From assembly GCF_009914755.1 (NCBI RefSeq), contig NC_060926.1: 64,000 nt of DNA; one strand, given 5' to 3'. The notes under the pieces were generated by a model. It saw only the letters and a program-made list of their open reading frames with translations. It was not told the origin of the DNA and did no database searches. The position numbers and the translations under genes were made by a program. Below are positions 44,600 to 58,889 of this stretch, in pieces. Origin of the DNA: the human T2T-CHM13v2.0 reference genome, Homo sapiens. Numbering within the stretch: the stretch's first letter is position 1; each line of letters starts with the position of its first letter.

Positions 44600-45060
44600 A
44601 AAGGGCAGGTTACAAGCAAGTAGAGAAGGCAGCATGAATAAAGGAATGGCGATAAGAAACAATACACCTAAATGGGGTTCAACAAGTAATTTAGCGTTGC
44701 TGGAACATACAGGGCAAGGAAAGGAGGGAGGAGAATGAGCTTGGTGGGACAGATCATAGAAAGGTCTCCCCCCACTTTGGCAAAGTAAGGCACCATGGGA
44801 AGGTTTTAGGCAGGAAGTAACATAATGAGTCTTGCGATTTTTATATGAGGGTCTTGGTGAATTAGTTAGGGACAAAACTGGAGACAGAGACCAAATTGAA
44901 GGCTCTGCCACAGTCCACGCAAAAGTTGGAAACAAATAGCCTAAGCTAGAGCAAAAGAGAAAGTTTGGAGAGGAGGAAAATGATTCAATAAATACTTAGA
45001 AGGTGCTGCAAGAAAACTGTGGATACAGAAGGGACAGCAGAGATAAGATGTAGAGATTAT
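44600..45060 (-). mobile_element. L2 remnant
   Basis: ccatgggaaggttttaggcagg-type motif; boundaries approximate. Confidence 0.55.
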
Positions 45061-45087
45061 CTCTACTGACAATGTACCAAATATATA

Positions 45088-45372
<285 letters not shown>

Positions 45373-45389
45373 TAGATATATTTGAATAG

Positions 45390-45900
45390 AGTAAGTTCTC
45401 ACTTAACATCGTCGATAGGTGATTGGAAATGGCAACTTTGAGTAAAATGGTATATAACAAAACCAATTTTAGCATAGGATAAATGATATAAACAAGAGTC
45501 AATTTCCTACAGCATATTTCTGGTCACAAAACATCACCAAACTTCTAAATAAAGATCCAAAACACTTCTAGTATTAAACAATGAAATAAATGTGAGCTCT
45601 ACATACATTTTACAAAGTTTTATAAAAACAAATAAGATAATTCTTTACTTAATTTTTGGTGAATCCACGAGTGATGGTGGTTATAGCAGTGATGGTTAAA
45701 ATCAAAGAATAAATGTTTACAAAGTGAAAATTGTAAGGAGCACCTCCTCCCACTATGCAGTTCAAAAACAAACACAAATATGGTAGGCTGGCTGAGACTT
45801 TTCATATCACATTGTTTATTGTCTTGCATTTGTATGGTTATCATATACTTAACAAAATTTTATTCTACAATAATTTATATGCATTCATTTATTCATTGTA
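45390..45900. mobile_element. TcMar-Tigger DNA transposon relic (MER82-like)
   Basis: agtaagttctcacttaacatcgtcgatagg...aaccaatttt...ctggtcacaaaacatcacc, matching a recalled consensus. Confidence 0.6.
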
Positions 45901-45979
45901 CAATCCACTAGTTCAGGGTCATTGTACAATCCACTAGAATACTAGTTCAGGATCAAAGGTGACTGAAACTTAATCCAAA

Positions 45980-46053
45980 AAATCAAGGAGGGACTCCCTC
46001 CCTAACACATTCTATGAATCTAGTATCACAATTATACCCAAATCAGGCAAAGC

Positions 46054-46100
<47 letters not shown>

Positions 46101-46710
46101 CTGGTCAATATCCCTGTTGAACATAGATGCAAAAATTCTCAACCAGCAAAATGAATTCAATAGTACATCAAAAAGATAATATAGTTAAGTGGGTTTTACT
46201 CCAGAAATACAAGGATGGTTCAACATGTGAATCATTCTTCCATAAAGACATATACACACATACGTTCATTGTGGCACTATTCACAATAAAAAGACATGGA
46301 ATCAACTTAAATGACTAAATAAAGAAAATATGGTACATATACACCATGGAATACTATGCAGTCATAAAAAAGAATGGCATCATGTCCTTCGCAGCAACAT
46401 GGATAGAGCTGAACACCATTATCCTAAGTGAAATAACTCAGAAACAGAAAACTCAAATACCACATGTTCTCACTTATATGTGGGAGCTAAACAATAGTTA
46501 CATATGGACATAAAGATGGAACTAATAGACACTGAGGAGTCCAAAAGGAGAGAGGTTTGGAGGGTTAAGGTTGAAAAATTACCTATTGGGTATAGTATTC
46601 ACTGTTTGGTGATGGGTTCACTAGAGCCCAAATCTCACCATTATGCAATATATCCATGTACCAAACCTGCACATGTACTCCATGAATCTAAAATTTTTAA
46701 AGATTCTATT
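45980..46710 (+). mobile_element. L1 fragments (ORF2 piece and 3' end) with (CA)n at 46057-46098
   Basis: tatccctgttgaacatagatgcaaaaattctc; ggaatactatgcagtcataaaaaag. Confidence 0.8.
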
Positions 46711-46999
46711 AAACAATAAAGCAACAGGAATAATGTACTAAGGATATTAAATTTATTTTAAAAATAAATTTTGGATAAAACTTGTGTGTGTATATATGTA
46801 GACAGAGAGAGAAATAAATGCCCCTATAAAGGAGCTGTACACACACACACACACACACATACAGTAAATACACACATGAAGAAACTATATAAAACATACT
46901 GCAATGAAATATTTCTGAATTATAACTAATTCAACCAGAAAGTGTTCAAAATTTGCATATAGACAATAATAAAGAAAAGAGAGCTAACTATATACTTAC

Positions 47000-47170
47000 C
47001 AAGAAGAGGTGGAAGTGGAGGCACTAAAGGTATTCTAATGAGTTGTAAAATTTTTCCCCCAATAATGGCACTATAAAAAATAATTAACAATCCAAATAAA
47101 TTTCCACCAGGGAGAGCTTCAGAGCCTAAGATTGACCAGGTCATATACCATATCACAAAGAGTGTAACTC
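47000..47170 (-). pseudogene. SLC9B1-like exon (~exon 4), 171 bp, open frame
   Basis: (G)VTLFVIWYMTWSILGSEALPGGNLFGLLIIFYSAIIGGKILQLIRIPLVPPLPPLL(G); acceptor tttcag, donor gtaagt. Confidence 0.95.
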
Positions 47171-47420
47171 CTGAAATACAAAAAAGTGTACAGCTATATA
47201 TCTACATACACATAGATGTATACAAACAAAGGATCAATTCTCTTTTATCATATATACTAATAGCCAATTCTATAAAATGATACATGGTATAGATCAACAT
47301 TGCTTACTGGTGTGGTGAAAGAGATATCTGCTTAACATATATTCCAAATAACCTGTCAATTTATGAAGTAGGTTTTAAACAAAGTGTTTTCACTTTAAAA
47401 ATATTTAAAAACTATATGTG

Positions 47421-47730
47421 GGCCAGGTGCAGTGGCTCACGCCTTAATCCCAGCACTTTGGGAGGCTGAGGTGGCTGGATCACATGAGGTCAGGAGTTTG
47501 AGACCAGCCTGGCCAACACAGTGAAATCCCGTCTCTACTAAAAATGCAAAAATTAGCCAGGTGTGGTGGTGCGTGCCTGTAATCCCAGCTACATGGGAGG
47601 CTGAGTCAGGATAATTGCTTGAACCCAGGAGGTGGAGGTTGCAGTAAGCCAAGGTTGTGCCACTGCACTCCAGCCTGGGTGACAGAGTGAGAATCAGTCT
47701 CAATAAAAAAATAAAAAAATAAAAAAAAAA
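47421..47730 (+). mobile_element. Alu (AluS-like)
   Basis: TSD aaaa(a/c)ctatatgtg. Confidence 0.92.
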
Positions 47731-48451
47731 CCTATATGTGAACTCTTGAAAATGATAACTTATAATATATGATAGTTAAAAACATCATGGCAATATGATG
47801 AGATTTACTTCATTTTATATGTTAAAATAGCTTTTTCATCAGGATGCAAAATAAGAGGATGATTGGCTGTGATAAGAATACACAACCTTATTGAAGATCA
47901 CAGTGTCAAGGTGCCAAATCTTTTAACAGGAACCTGCTAAATCTTTTTATTGAAAGGATAATTCAACTGATATTTGGCATAAATATATTATAGGAGGTAA
48001 TGGCGAGAAGAAATGAACCTAGATTTTGTGGGAATAAATATAAAGTATCTTAGATTATGTGTAGGAGGTAGACGGAGATTAAGATGAGTAGGTATAAGTT
48101 ACTAGACATCTTGTTTCTGGCAACTAGGTGCTACTCACTGAGGAATCCATAGGTTTCTGTAAAGGACAGACAATAACATGGTAAATTTCCATTTGCTAAT
48201 TAAATGGCTACCTTTATTTGCTATGAATCATAATTGATAATGCTTTTAATATTCTTAAAACAGCTTACATGAATTTTTTAGCTATGACCCCTTTCTGGCT
48301 GTACAGAATTTGCCAGGGTAGAAGAGGAGGATTTTGACTCACTCCAGGCAGAAAGTTAGAACAAAGTTTCTTTCCTCTTCCCCTCTGATTATTGTCATCC
48401 TGCAAAATTGGAAGCCTTGGAGGGCTAAACTCTTACTACAATAATGGACCA

Positions 48452-48896
<445 letters not shown>

Positions 48897-49248
48897 CTAA
48901 TGTGTAGGGCTCAAATTACATTATGTGCACAGGTTAGGGATCCCAAAGTTCTAAACCTACCATAAAAGTGTCCGTGCATAGAAGTATCCCTAGAACACTT
49001 AGTAGATGCTAATTCAAAAAATCTCTAATAGACACTCCTGATCCCAGACTGCATAAAGTCTCAAAGGTAAAGCCAAGTGAATCTGAACTTAAAATAAGAA
49101 GAAATATCCCATAAGCAAAATTAACAGATACAACAAAGAATGGGATTAGATGTCTATCTAGAACCACTAGATAGACACTATAAAATATGTATTTTCAAAG
49201 GGACTAGAGACAATTTTTAAAAATTGGAGACATGAGAAGAAGAAATTA

Positions 49249-49542
<294 letters not shown>

Positions 49543-50211
49543 TTAGTTGTGATAATAAAAACTGCACATTAAGATAGGCAGAAAAACAGAACAGCCTTGA
49601 TACGGTTAACCCTTTGACACTGGCAAACACTGTGACCAGTGCTGCCCACACTGGAAGCTCCTGCATCCCTCTTCCTCATGTTCCCTTCAGCATTAAGGAG
49701 CAACAAGGGAGACAGCCAGTTCATAGTTCCTTACGCATGGAGCCAAAGGACCTTCAATGTACAAGGTCTGAGCAAGGACCCGCAGCCACATGTGCTTCCT
49801 GCTTCAGCAGTGCCCCGTGGGTCTCAGAGCTACCCAAAGGCCTATCCTTCCGAGAGGTTTCTCCTCTCTTCCAACTGATGTCATACGTCTCATCTTCCTT
49901 GTCATTCAGATCATCAGCCACAAACGTCCTTGCCTTATATTTTCATATCCCTTTTCACCAGTTACAGGGTTAGTTAACTTATGAAATTCTTAACATCTGC
50001 ATTAGATCTTTTTAAAGTTTCACCCTCAACCACCTATTATTTAGAAGTGAACACAGAAATTTAGTTTCCTTGTGCTATCTGTTGACCCCTAAAATATGTT
50101 GGGAGTTTTGGGATTTTTTTTAAAGTCAAATGCATGGCATAAAGCAAAATTACACTACTAAAGAACTGAGTCAGGCCAGACGCTGGCAACGTGAAGACAC
50201 CTTCTCCTTAC

Positions 50212-50589
50212 CCACTAGGTTCATCTTTGCACTGTAACTCCCAAAGTATTGCTTATCGGTGCTGGGTGTGTGGCATTCATATTCTCCGGCATCCCGGGCC
50301 TGAAGATCTGTGATGTTCAATAGGGTTGGGTTCCCCTGGACTCTTTCTATGAAGATCTTCCCTCCGCGGACGCGCTGGGTGTAGATGGCATAGGGGAAGG
50401 AAGGGTCCATGGTGCTGACGATCTGCACCTCTCGCTCTGGCGACGAAGGCAGGTAAATGGACCACTGGAAATTCTGCTCAGGAGGTCCCTGGGAGCCACT
50501 CACATTGCACCAGATAGTGATGTGGGAGCCCTCCGTGCGGTACAAGGGTCCTTCCTTAACGGTGACCTGCCGCTGTGCTGACACCACAC
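50212..50589 (-). pseudogene. IGSF3 (EWI-3) gene fragment: single 378-bp phase-1/phase-1 exon encoding the first V-type Ig domain, frame open
   Basis: VVSAQRQVTVKEGPLYRTEGSHITIWCNVSG...FQWSIY...DLQARDAGEYECHTPSTDKQYFGSYSAKMNLV; both Cys, the core Trp and DxGxYxC retained; acceptor ctcgtag, donor gtaagg; no other IGSF3 exon seen in the window. Confidence 0.93.
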
Positions 50590-51589
50590 CTACGAGGGAG
50601 AGAAACACACGCAACATGCTCACTTACTTCTCAGACCAAAATGCAAAGTAGGCAGCAATCTCCAAAGGGTTTGTTATTTGTGTGACATGATAACAATATA
50701 AACAGCTTACTGGCCCTTTCAAAGGCACTCTGTGATTTATAAATATTAATTAAAACACCCTGTGGTAAAGCACTGTCCCTAATTTGAATATATGGGAATT
50801 TGTTCATGCCAAGATGTGCTTTTGTTACTTATTCAACAGCTGACCCTTGGGAATTTCATTTAGCCCCTCTGTTTGTCATGTATATGGCAGTTTATATCTA
50901 TTTATTAATGCTGTGTATAAAGTTTTTAATAAAATAAGCGGGAAAAGTTGAATCCTTGGCACAAATTCAGATGAAAACAAATAAAAGCGACCATCTAGAA
51001 ATCTGGCTGAAATTAAATGCTTCTTCCTTGGTCCGAGTGCTGGTGGGAGGGAGTCCTGGGAGCACCTTTTTACTGGTGTTGCACCCTTCATTTTCCCATG
51101 TAGCTGCTCCCCAACACCACCCCAAGGAGCATTCCTTCGTTTCTCTTCCCTCCATAAATGGAGGCAGAGCTGAGCTCCTGCAGGCTGCTATCGTTTTAAG
51201 CTGAGCACACCCAAATACAAATGTGAAGGGCTGAAACAGATCCCTGATGCCCAGATTCCCACAAACTGACAAAGGGGGGAACTAACAGTGCCCAGCTAAA
51301 CCTGCGACAAGGACAGTCAGGCTACCCTTGAGTTTCCCACTCAAGACTCCCCCGCTGACCTCCTGCCTTCTGGCTCAGATACTGTTCTCCAAGGTCACTT
51401 CTGCCTGCCTTCTGCATGTTCTTCTTAAAGTGGCATGGTGAGTTTAAGTTCTCATTTCATGCCAACTCAACACTGATTGTGCCTGAGCCACTCAGAAGGT
51501 GGGAGGGGGCACACCGCTGCCTCTTCATTTCGGCAGTGGTCACGTACTGCAGGGTGTGAAAAGCGCAGGTGAGTTATAGGCGCAGCTTT

Positions 51590-51900
51590 GCCACCAATTA
51601 GAGCTGGTTGTGTCATCTCAGACAACTTACTTTTCTTCTCCAGACCTTGATCTTCTCATCTATCACATGATTTCTAAGAAGGCTTTAGAGAGGACTAGCA
51701 TGGGTTCCGATGCTGGCTTTGTCACTTATTAACTGTGGTCTTGGATAAGCTGCTTAACCTCTCTAAGCCTCAGTTTTCTCATCGGTAAGATGGGGATAAT
51801 AATGCCTGTCTCATAGGGTTATTGAGAAGATTTAGTAACATCTGTAAAGACCCTAGCACAGAGCCTAGCCCACAATCAGTCCTCAATAAAGAGCTGCTGG
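51590..51900 (+). mobile_element. MIR elements
   Basis: ctgcttaacctctctaagcctcagttttctcatcggtaagatggggataataa. Confidence 0.75.
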
Positions 51901-52521
51901 CTAAGACATATTTCTGCTGGAATATTCTGTGGCTCTGGATCCATAGAGGACATGATTTGGCCAATGACTGCTTAAGGACATTTCAATGGCCCCTTGACAA
52001 TGACACCATCACTGGGTTGCCCACCTCATCCCACAGCTGCAGCCCATTCTTGTGATAGCTTCCCTTTTCCCCCACAAATGGGAATGGCGGCTGCCCTGGC
52101 TATGCCTATCTGAAGTGGATCCAGCTGGTGAACAGCCGGGACAGCTCAAATACTAGTGGAGTGCAGCTCTCTGCCCAGCCCAGCAGGTGACTGTGCCTCA
52201 GTGTAAGCTAATCTAATCTGCAAGATGACAGACCTCAAAACAGCCCATACAATGAAATGCCCATGGCTTGCAAAACTTTAATTCATACAGAACCTTTCCT
52301 CACAAACAAAATCTTACACAGAACCCCATCTTGGCTTCAGCAGAATCAGGAAAAATAAAAAATTGGCAGGGGAAGGAAATAAACAGAACAAGTGGTATCT
52401 GAATTTATTTGATATATTCTGGTTGATGGCATTAATTATGATATTTAAAGTCACCATGAGGACAACTCATTAGTAATATCAGTATGTTAAAATATGGTGC
52501 ATAACATTTTTACTATATGTA

Positions 52522-52835
52522 CAGTCATGCACTGAATAACATTTCAGTCAATGAGGAAACACATGTGCAACAGTGATCCTGTAAGATTATAATGGAGCAT
52601 ATATAGAGATCTAATAAATGGCACTTAATGTTGGCATGGCAGATCAAGTAGGGGAAATGACTGATATTTAGTAACAGTGCTGGGACATTTGATTTTCCAT
52701 AATAAAATATATAAATGAAAATATGTATCCCATCTAGGTTTGTTGAAATACACCCTATGATGTTCACACAAGAATGAAATTGCCTAACAACACATTTCTT
52801 AAAACATGTCCCCATCATTAAGTGACCCATGACTG
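52522..52835. mobile_element. Tigger3a-like non-autonomous DNA transposon
   Basis: Terminal inverted repeats cagtcatg...catgactg flanked by TA TSDs (52520-52521, 52836-52837). Confidence 0.82.
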
Positions 52836-53039
52836 TATACACACACACAATGACCTTTGAATCAAATGATTGCAGTATTCCTGAAACACAGAACATTTTG
52901 CAAACAATTTACCTACATTCATAACATTAGGTATCCTTTGAATTGCCGTGTTCTATGACAGAGCAACTACAACCAACCCCCATCCATCTCCTGCAAAGAA
53001 GGCTGGAGGCAGGTCAGGGTACACCAGCATCTTCAAGGA

Positions 53040-53200
53040 CTGCTTCTCAGTCCTGGACATACACTGGAATCACCTGGGGAGCTTTAAAAAAATAACAGTG
53101 CCTGGACCCCACCTGACATAACTGGTCTTAGGATTAATTAGGATTTTTTTTGAAGCTCCACAGATGATTCAAATCAGGTGTAGCAAAGCACTGTTACTTT
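53040..53200. mobile_element. MER5A-like hAT relic
   Basis: gaatcacctggggagctttaaaaaa...gctccacagatgattc. Confidence 0.6.
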
Positions 53201-54202
53201 AAAGTGTCTCTACCTACATGGTGCCAGCCAAGTGCTCAAATGAAATATCTTAAGGCTCTCACTAGCTTTAAGTTTCTCTCTTTGGTAGAGACCCAATCAC
53301 TGGTTCAAGGAAGTTTCATTCTCCTCCAGTCTTCCCCAGTGCAAAAGAAAAGAGCTGAGACCCATCAGATACTGGCTTTTGTGATGCAATAATGAGTTTA
53401 ACCAGAATGCATCCTATTTACAGACCTTACAAAGGCACTCGGCCAGCGGATCATGCATGTCCTCCCCACCCAAAGGTAAACAGTGTTAAGTGGCCTGAAT
53501 GAGCCAGGACAGCAGGGTCAAATCAACTTGTCTAGGCTGGAAGCAGGTTATAAACAATCCAGACAAATAAATAACTACTGGATTGCACTTTAACCACACA
53601 CATTCAGCTGCACCTGTTTATTAAATACCTCCTTAATTTCCCTCTGCCCCACAAAGGGCTTCTGACCCCTGAAAATAATGCTTCTCTACATAAAAATAAT
53701 TGTTTTCTTCTTGGCAGTTTAATTCCCCTTCCACACATCCCCCCCCCCCCCCCCATTTCCCTATAATGGTAATACCCTGCTGAGCAGACCTCTGCTGCCT
53801 CCAAAGAGACACAGGCACCCAACCCTGACCAGGGCATCCTCTGACCCACAGCCCCTCTATCTCCCCTCTCAACCTACAATAGAAAGTTCCTCCCAGGCAA
53901 GGATCATTTTTTTTAAATAACTTTTTAAACTTTAGACATTCTGTACTCTTTGGATTACTCTGCAATAAGCAAATATGACTTCTGTAACATAAAAAGAAAG
54001 ATCAAAATGTTATATATAACTGCATGAAAAGAACTAGAAAGAAAATACTAGGTGACAGGATGGCAAGTGATTTTTATTTTTTTCTTAATATTTTACTCCT
54101 TCCCCCAGTCCTCTGCAATGAGTATGTACCAGTTTTATAACTAGAAAAAAATTTTAGTCAAAAAGAAAAATAATGCATGTTTGCTATATAAAATTCACTA
54201 CT

Positions 54203-54640
54203 GTAGTATTTATATATATATACATATTTGGTCTTTGTCCCCAGTTCCTGGCACTGAGCTCCTAAACCCCTTGGAACTTCCTAAGCAATGGGAGTACCTT
54301 TTGTTATTTATAAGAAGCCCCTTTTGGCCATCCCAGACTTTATGCTAATGAGGTGAATGAAGGTGAGCATGGAGGCAGTTTCAAGGAAGGAGCTGGCCAC
54401 GGTTAGAGTTGTGGAGTTTTCAGCCCCACCCTTAGACCTCCAAGGACAAGAGGGGGACCGCAGATTGATCCAATCAGTATTGGTCAGTGATTTGATCAGT
54501 CATACCCATGTAATGAAATCCCATATGAAAACCCTAAATAACGGAGTTAGGAGAGCTTCTGGGTGCTGGAAGCGGTGTGCACCAGGAGAGGGCATGGGCA
54601 GTCAGCACTACTCCCCTCTCAGACCTTGCCCTATGCACTA
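54203..54640. mobile_element. LTR fragment (MER21-like)
   Basis: ggtctttgtccccagttcctggcactgagctcctaaacccc; recalled similarity. Confidence 0.55.
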
Positions 54641-54877
54641 AATAGGACTGACCTATGTGACCAATAGGAAATGCACAAATGGTGGAATGTGACTTCCAGG
54701 GCTAGGTCATAAAAAGACAAGCACGATGTTATGAGGACATCAAAACAGCCATATGGGGAGGACCGCATGAGGCCTCCTGCCAACAGCTAGCACTAACTTG
54801 CTAGCACGTGACTGGAAGTAGATTCTCCAGCCTCAGTCAACTCAGTCAAGCCTTCAGATAATGTCAACCCCAGGCAT

Positions 54878-55595
54878 CTTTTTGTTGTTGTTGAGACAGG
54901 GTCTCACTCTGTCACCCAGGCTGGAGTGCAGTGGTGCAATCATAGCTCACTGCAGCCTTGAGCTCTGAGGCTCAAATGATCCTCCTACATCAGCCTCCTG
55001 AGTATCTGGGACCACCAGCACACACCACCATGCCTGGCTAACTTTTTTATTTCTTATAGAGATGGGATGATATGGTTGGGGTCTGTGTACCCACCTAAAT
55101 CTCACATTCAATTATAATCCCCAGTGTTAGAGGTGGGGCCTGGTGGGAGGTGACTGGATCACAGGAATGGATCTTTCATGAATGATTTAGCATCACCCTT
55201 TTGGTGCTGTGCTCGTTAGAGTTCTCACAGTATCTAATTGTTTAAAAGTGTGTGGCACCTCCCCCCTCTCTCTCTTGCTCCTGATTTGGCCATGTAAGGC
55301 GTGCCTGCTTCCCCTTCACCTTCCACCATGATTGAAAGTTTCCTGTGGTTGCCCCAGAAGCCAAGCAGATGCCAGCATTATGCTCCCTGAACAGCCTGTG
55401 GAACTGTGAGACAATTAAACCCCTTTTCTTTATAAATTCTCCAGTCTCATGTATTTATAGCAATGTGAGAACTGACTAATACATAGGGTCTCACTGTGTT
55501 GCCCAGGCTGGTCTCAAACTCCTGGGCTCAAGTAATCCTCCTGGCTTTGCTTCCCAGAGTGTAGAGATTACAGGCATGAGCCACTGAACCTGCCC
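54878..55595 (-). mobile_element. AluJ-like element split by a MaLR LTR
   Basis: Pieces 54878-55067 and 55484-55595 join as ...gagatggg|gtctcactgtgttgcccagg. Confidence 0.85.
55068..55483 (+). mobile_element. MST-type MaLR solo LTR (416 bp)
   Basis: TGATATGGTT...caattaaacc...GACTAATACA. Confidence 0.85.
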
Positions 55596-57535
55596 CTTTC
55601 CCCCCAACAACATCTTGATTGCAACCTCCTGAGAGACTCTGAGTCAGAAGTATCCAGTTAAGATGTTACTGACTTTCTGAACCACAGAAACTGTGAGATA
55701 ATAAACATCTATTGTTCCTTTAAGCCTTAAGTTTGGGGCTTTTTTTTTACACCAATATATAACTAATGTAGACACCTGCAGTCCCTAAGATTGAATGCAA
55801 AATTGTGTTACATACACATGAGTGTGTTCTTCTGGGAAAAGAGTCCATAAACTTCAAAAGATTCTCAAGGGAATCCAAGACCCAAAAAGATTAAGAAACA
55901 TTGCATCAGACAATAAATTGTCAATGAGCAAGGTCCTGTCCTTTTAGACTGGGTTTTGAAATCACCCATCCCACAAATATATGATACCACTTAACTAGTT
56001 TTTCAAGATATTTGGTTGTTCAAAGATGCTCCCACTTTTTCTTTGTGCTCAAGTCCTAGATAAACCTGGCTAGGGGCAGGAGGTATGATTCAGGAGTTAG
56101 TGAGCCTGGAGGGCTCACTGTGCCTGGGAAAGCCAGCTTCTCATGCAATTTTTGGAATATGCCTTGGCTCAGAAACCTACCTCCTCTAGGCACAGGATCC
56201 AACTTATATGTTCAAGATGTGTGACTGAGCATGTGAAAGTGTCAGAGGGATCGACCTCACCATTTTACATCTACTTTTCCAGTTGTGGTCCCTACAATCA
56301 TCAAAACTCATTCAGCACCATGCTCCTCCAAATTCTGCATGTGACTCAGCCACACTAGTATCTTTCTTCATCTATAAGATGAAAGTAATACAATGTACCA
56401 TGTAGCAAACTCACAGGAGACCCTAGAGATCAAATAATACTGTGAAAGCCACCAAATGAATATTTTAAAATTTTATCTCATTTCTGCCAAGGTGAGATAT
56501 CAATCTAAAAACAGGATAAATCTTTGTAAGTACAAGAACATTAAAAAGAACATTAAGTTTGGGTTAAAAATGCGAAACTGCATATGCAGGAAAATTACGT
56601 TTAAAAAAAAAAAAATCCTACACCTACAAAAACAACCAAACAAAACATTGATGATACTGGGCTGAATCACTGAATGGTGAGAATATGAGTGATTTTCTCC
56701 TCTCCTATTTTTCTCAATACCTTTTCTCTATTATCTCCTTTTTTAAATAAGCAAGTATATATTGTTCTAAACTGAAGATAAATGATCATGAGTAGCACTT
56801 TCCCAGGCACTGTCCTAGTTGCTCTGCATACATCATCTCATTTAATCCTCACAACAGTGAATGGGGTCGATTTCATTACAGCCGCATTTACCAGTCAAGG
56901 AAATGGTTTTCAAGGTTAAGTAACCTTCTCATGACACAGAATGTGACTAAGAGTTTTCTTATTCCATGGCTCACATTAAATGTGCTCTGTGAATATCAGT
57001 GAGAAGTAATAAAGCACTGACTGGATCTTCTTGCCCACCTGGTCCTAAAAGAAATGATGGGGAATCTATGCAGTCCCAAGTTAAAAATGGGATCTGAACT
57101 GAGCTGCCACAGCATGCTGAATAGGTGGAGTCCAGGCCAACTAAGTGCTTCATGGAACTTAAAGGCTCCAGAGGGAAAGCAATCAGGAAGGCACTTCCAC
57201 AGGCACATCGGTGACAACTTCTGGGGATTCTTACCTGTCAGCCTTCAGCCAAGGAAGGACAGGAAGTGGCATGGGCTAAAAGATCCTTTGTTTGACCTCT
57301 TTCCAGATCAGGTGACAGGAAAACACAACACTTGAACCTTTTCAATGAGGACAGCCAGCACTTACTGAGCCCCAGCCAGGTAACTGACACTGTTCCAAGT
57401 ACTCTGCTTGTATAACCAGCTTTAACCTTGCAACAGCCCTCTGAGGTAAATACTCCTAGTGACCTCACTTTACGGATGCAGAACCTGAGGCAAGGAGTTA
57501 GGGAGTAAATGAAGCTGGCTAAAGACACTTGCACT

Positions 57536-57790
<255 letters not shown>

Positions 57791-57921
57791 AAAAAACTAA
57801 GCATCAGTCAATAAATCAGACAAAGAACAAGTTAAATTCAAAGAAAGAAAAAGGAAAAACATAACAAACAAATGAAATACAAAAGAAACACACAATAGAA
57901 TCAGCCAAGCTAAAACTTGTG

Positions 57922-58085
57922 TTTTTTTTTTTTGGTTTTCAGATAGGGTCTCATTCTGTTGCCCAGGCTGGAGTGTAGTGGCTCAATTACAGCTTAGTAC
58001 AGCCTCCCCCTTACAGGCTCAAGCGATCCTCCCACCTTTGCCTCTCAAAGTGCTGGGATTACAGGTATGAGCCACCATGCCCTGC
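57922..58085 (-). mobile_element. FLAM/FRAM-type Alu monomer
   Basis: Single antisense arm. Confidence 0.75.
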
Positions 58086-58190
58086 TAAAACCTGGTTCTT
58101 AAAAAATACATTATAAAATTCACAGACCTTTAGCAAGATTTGTCAAGAAAAAGCATTCAAAAAACAATCTTGCACAGGAGGACTGTACTA

Positions 58191-58885
<695 letters not shown>

Positions 58886-58889
58886 GTGA

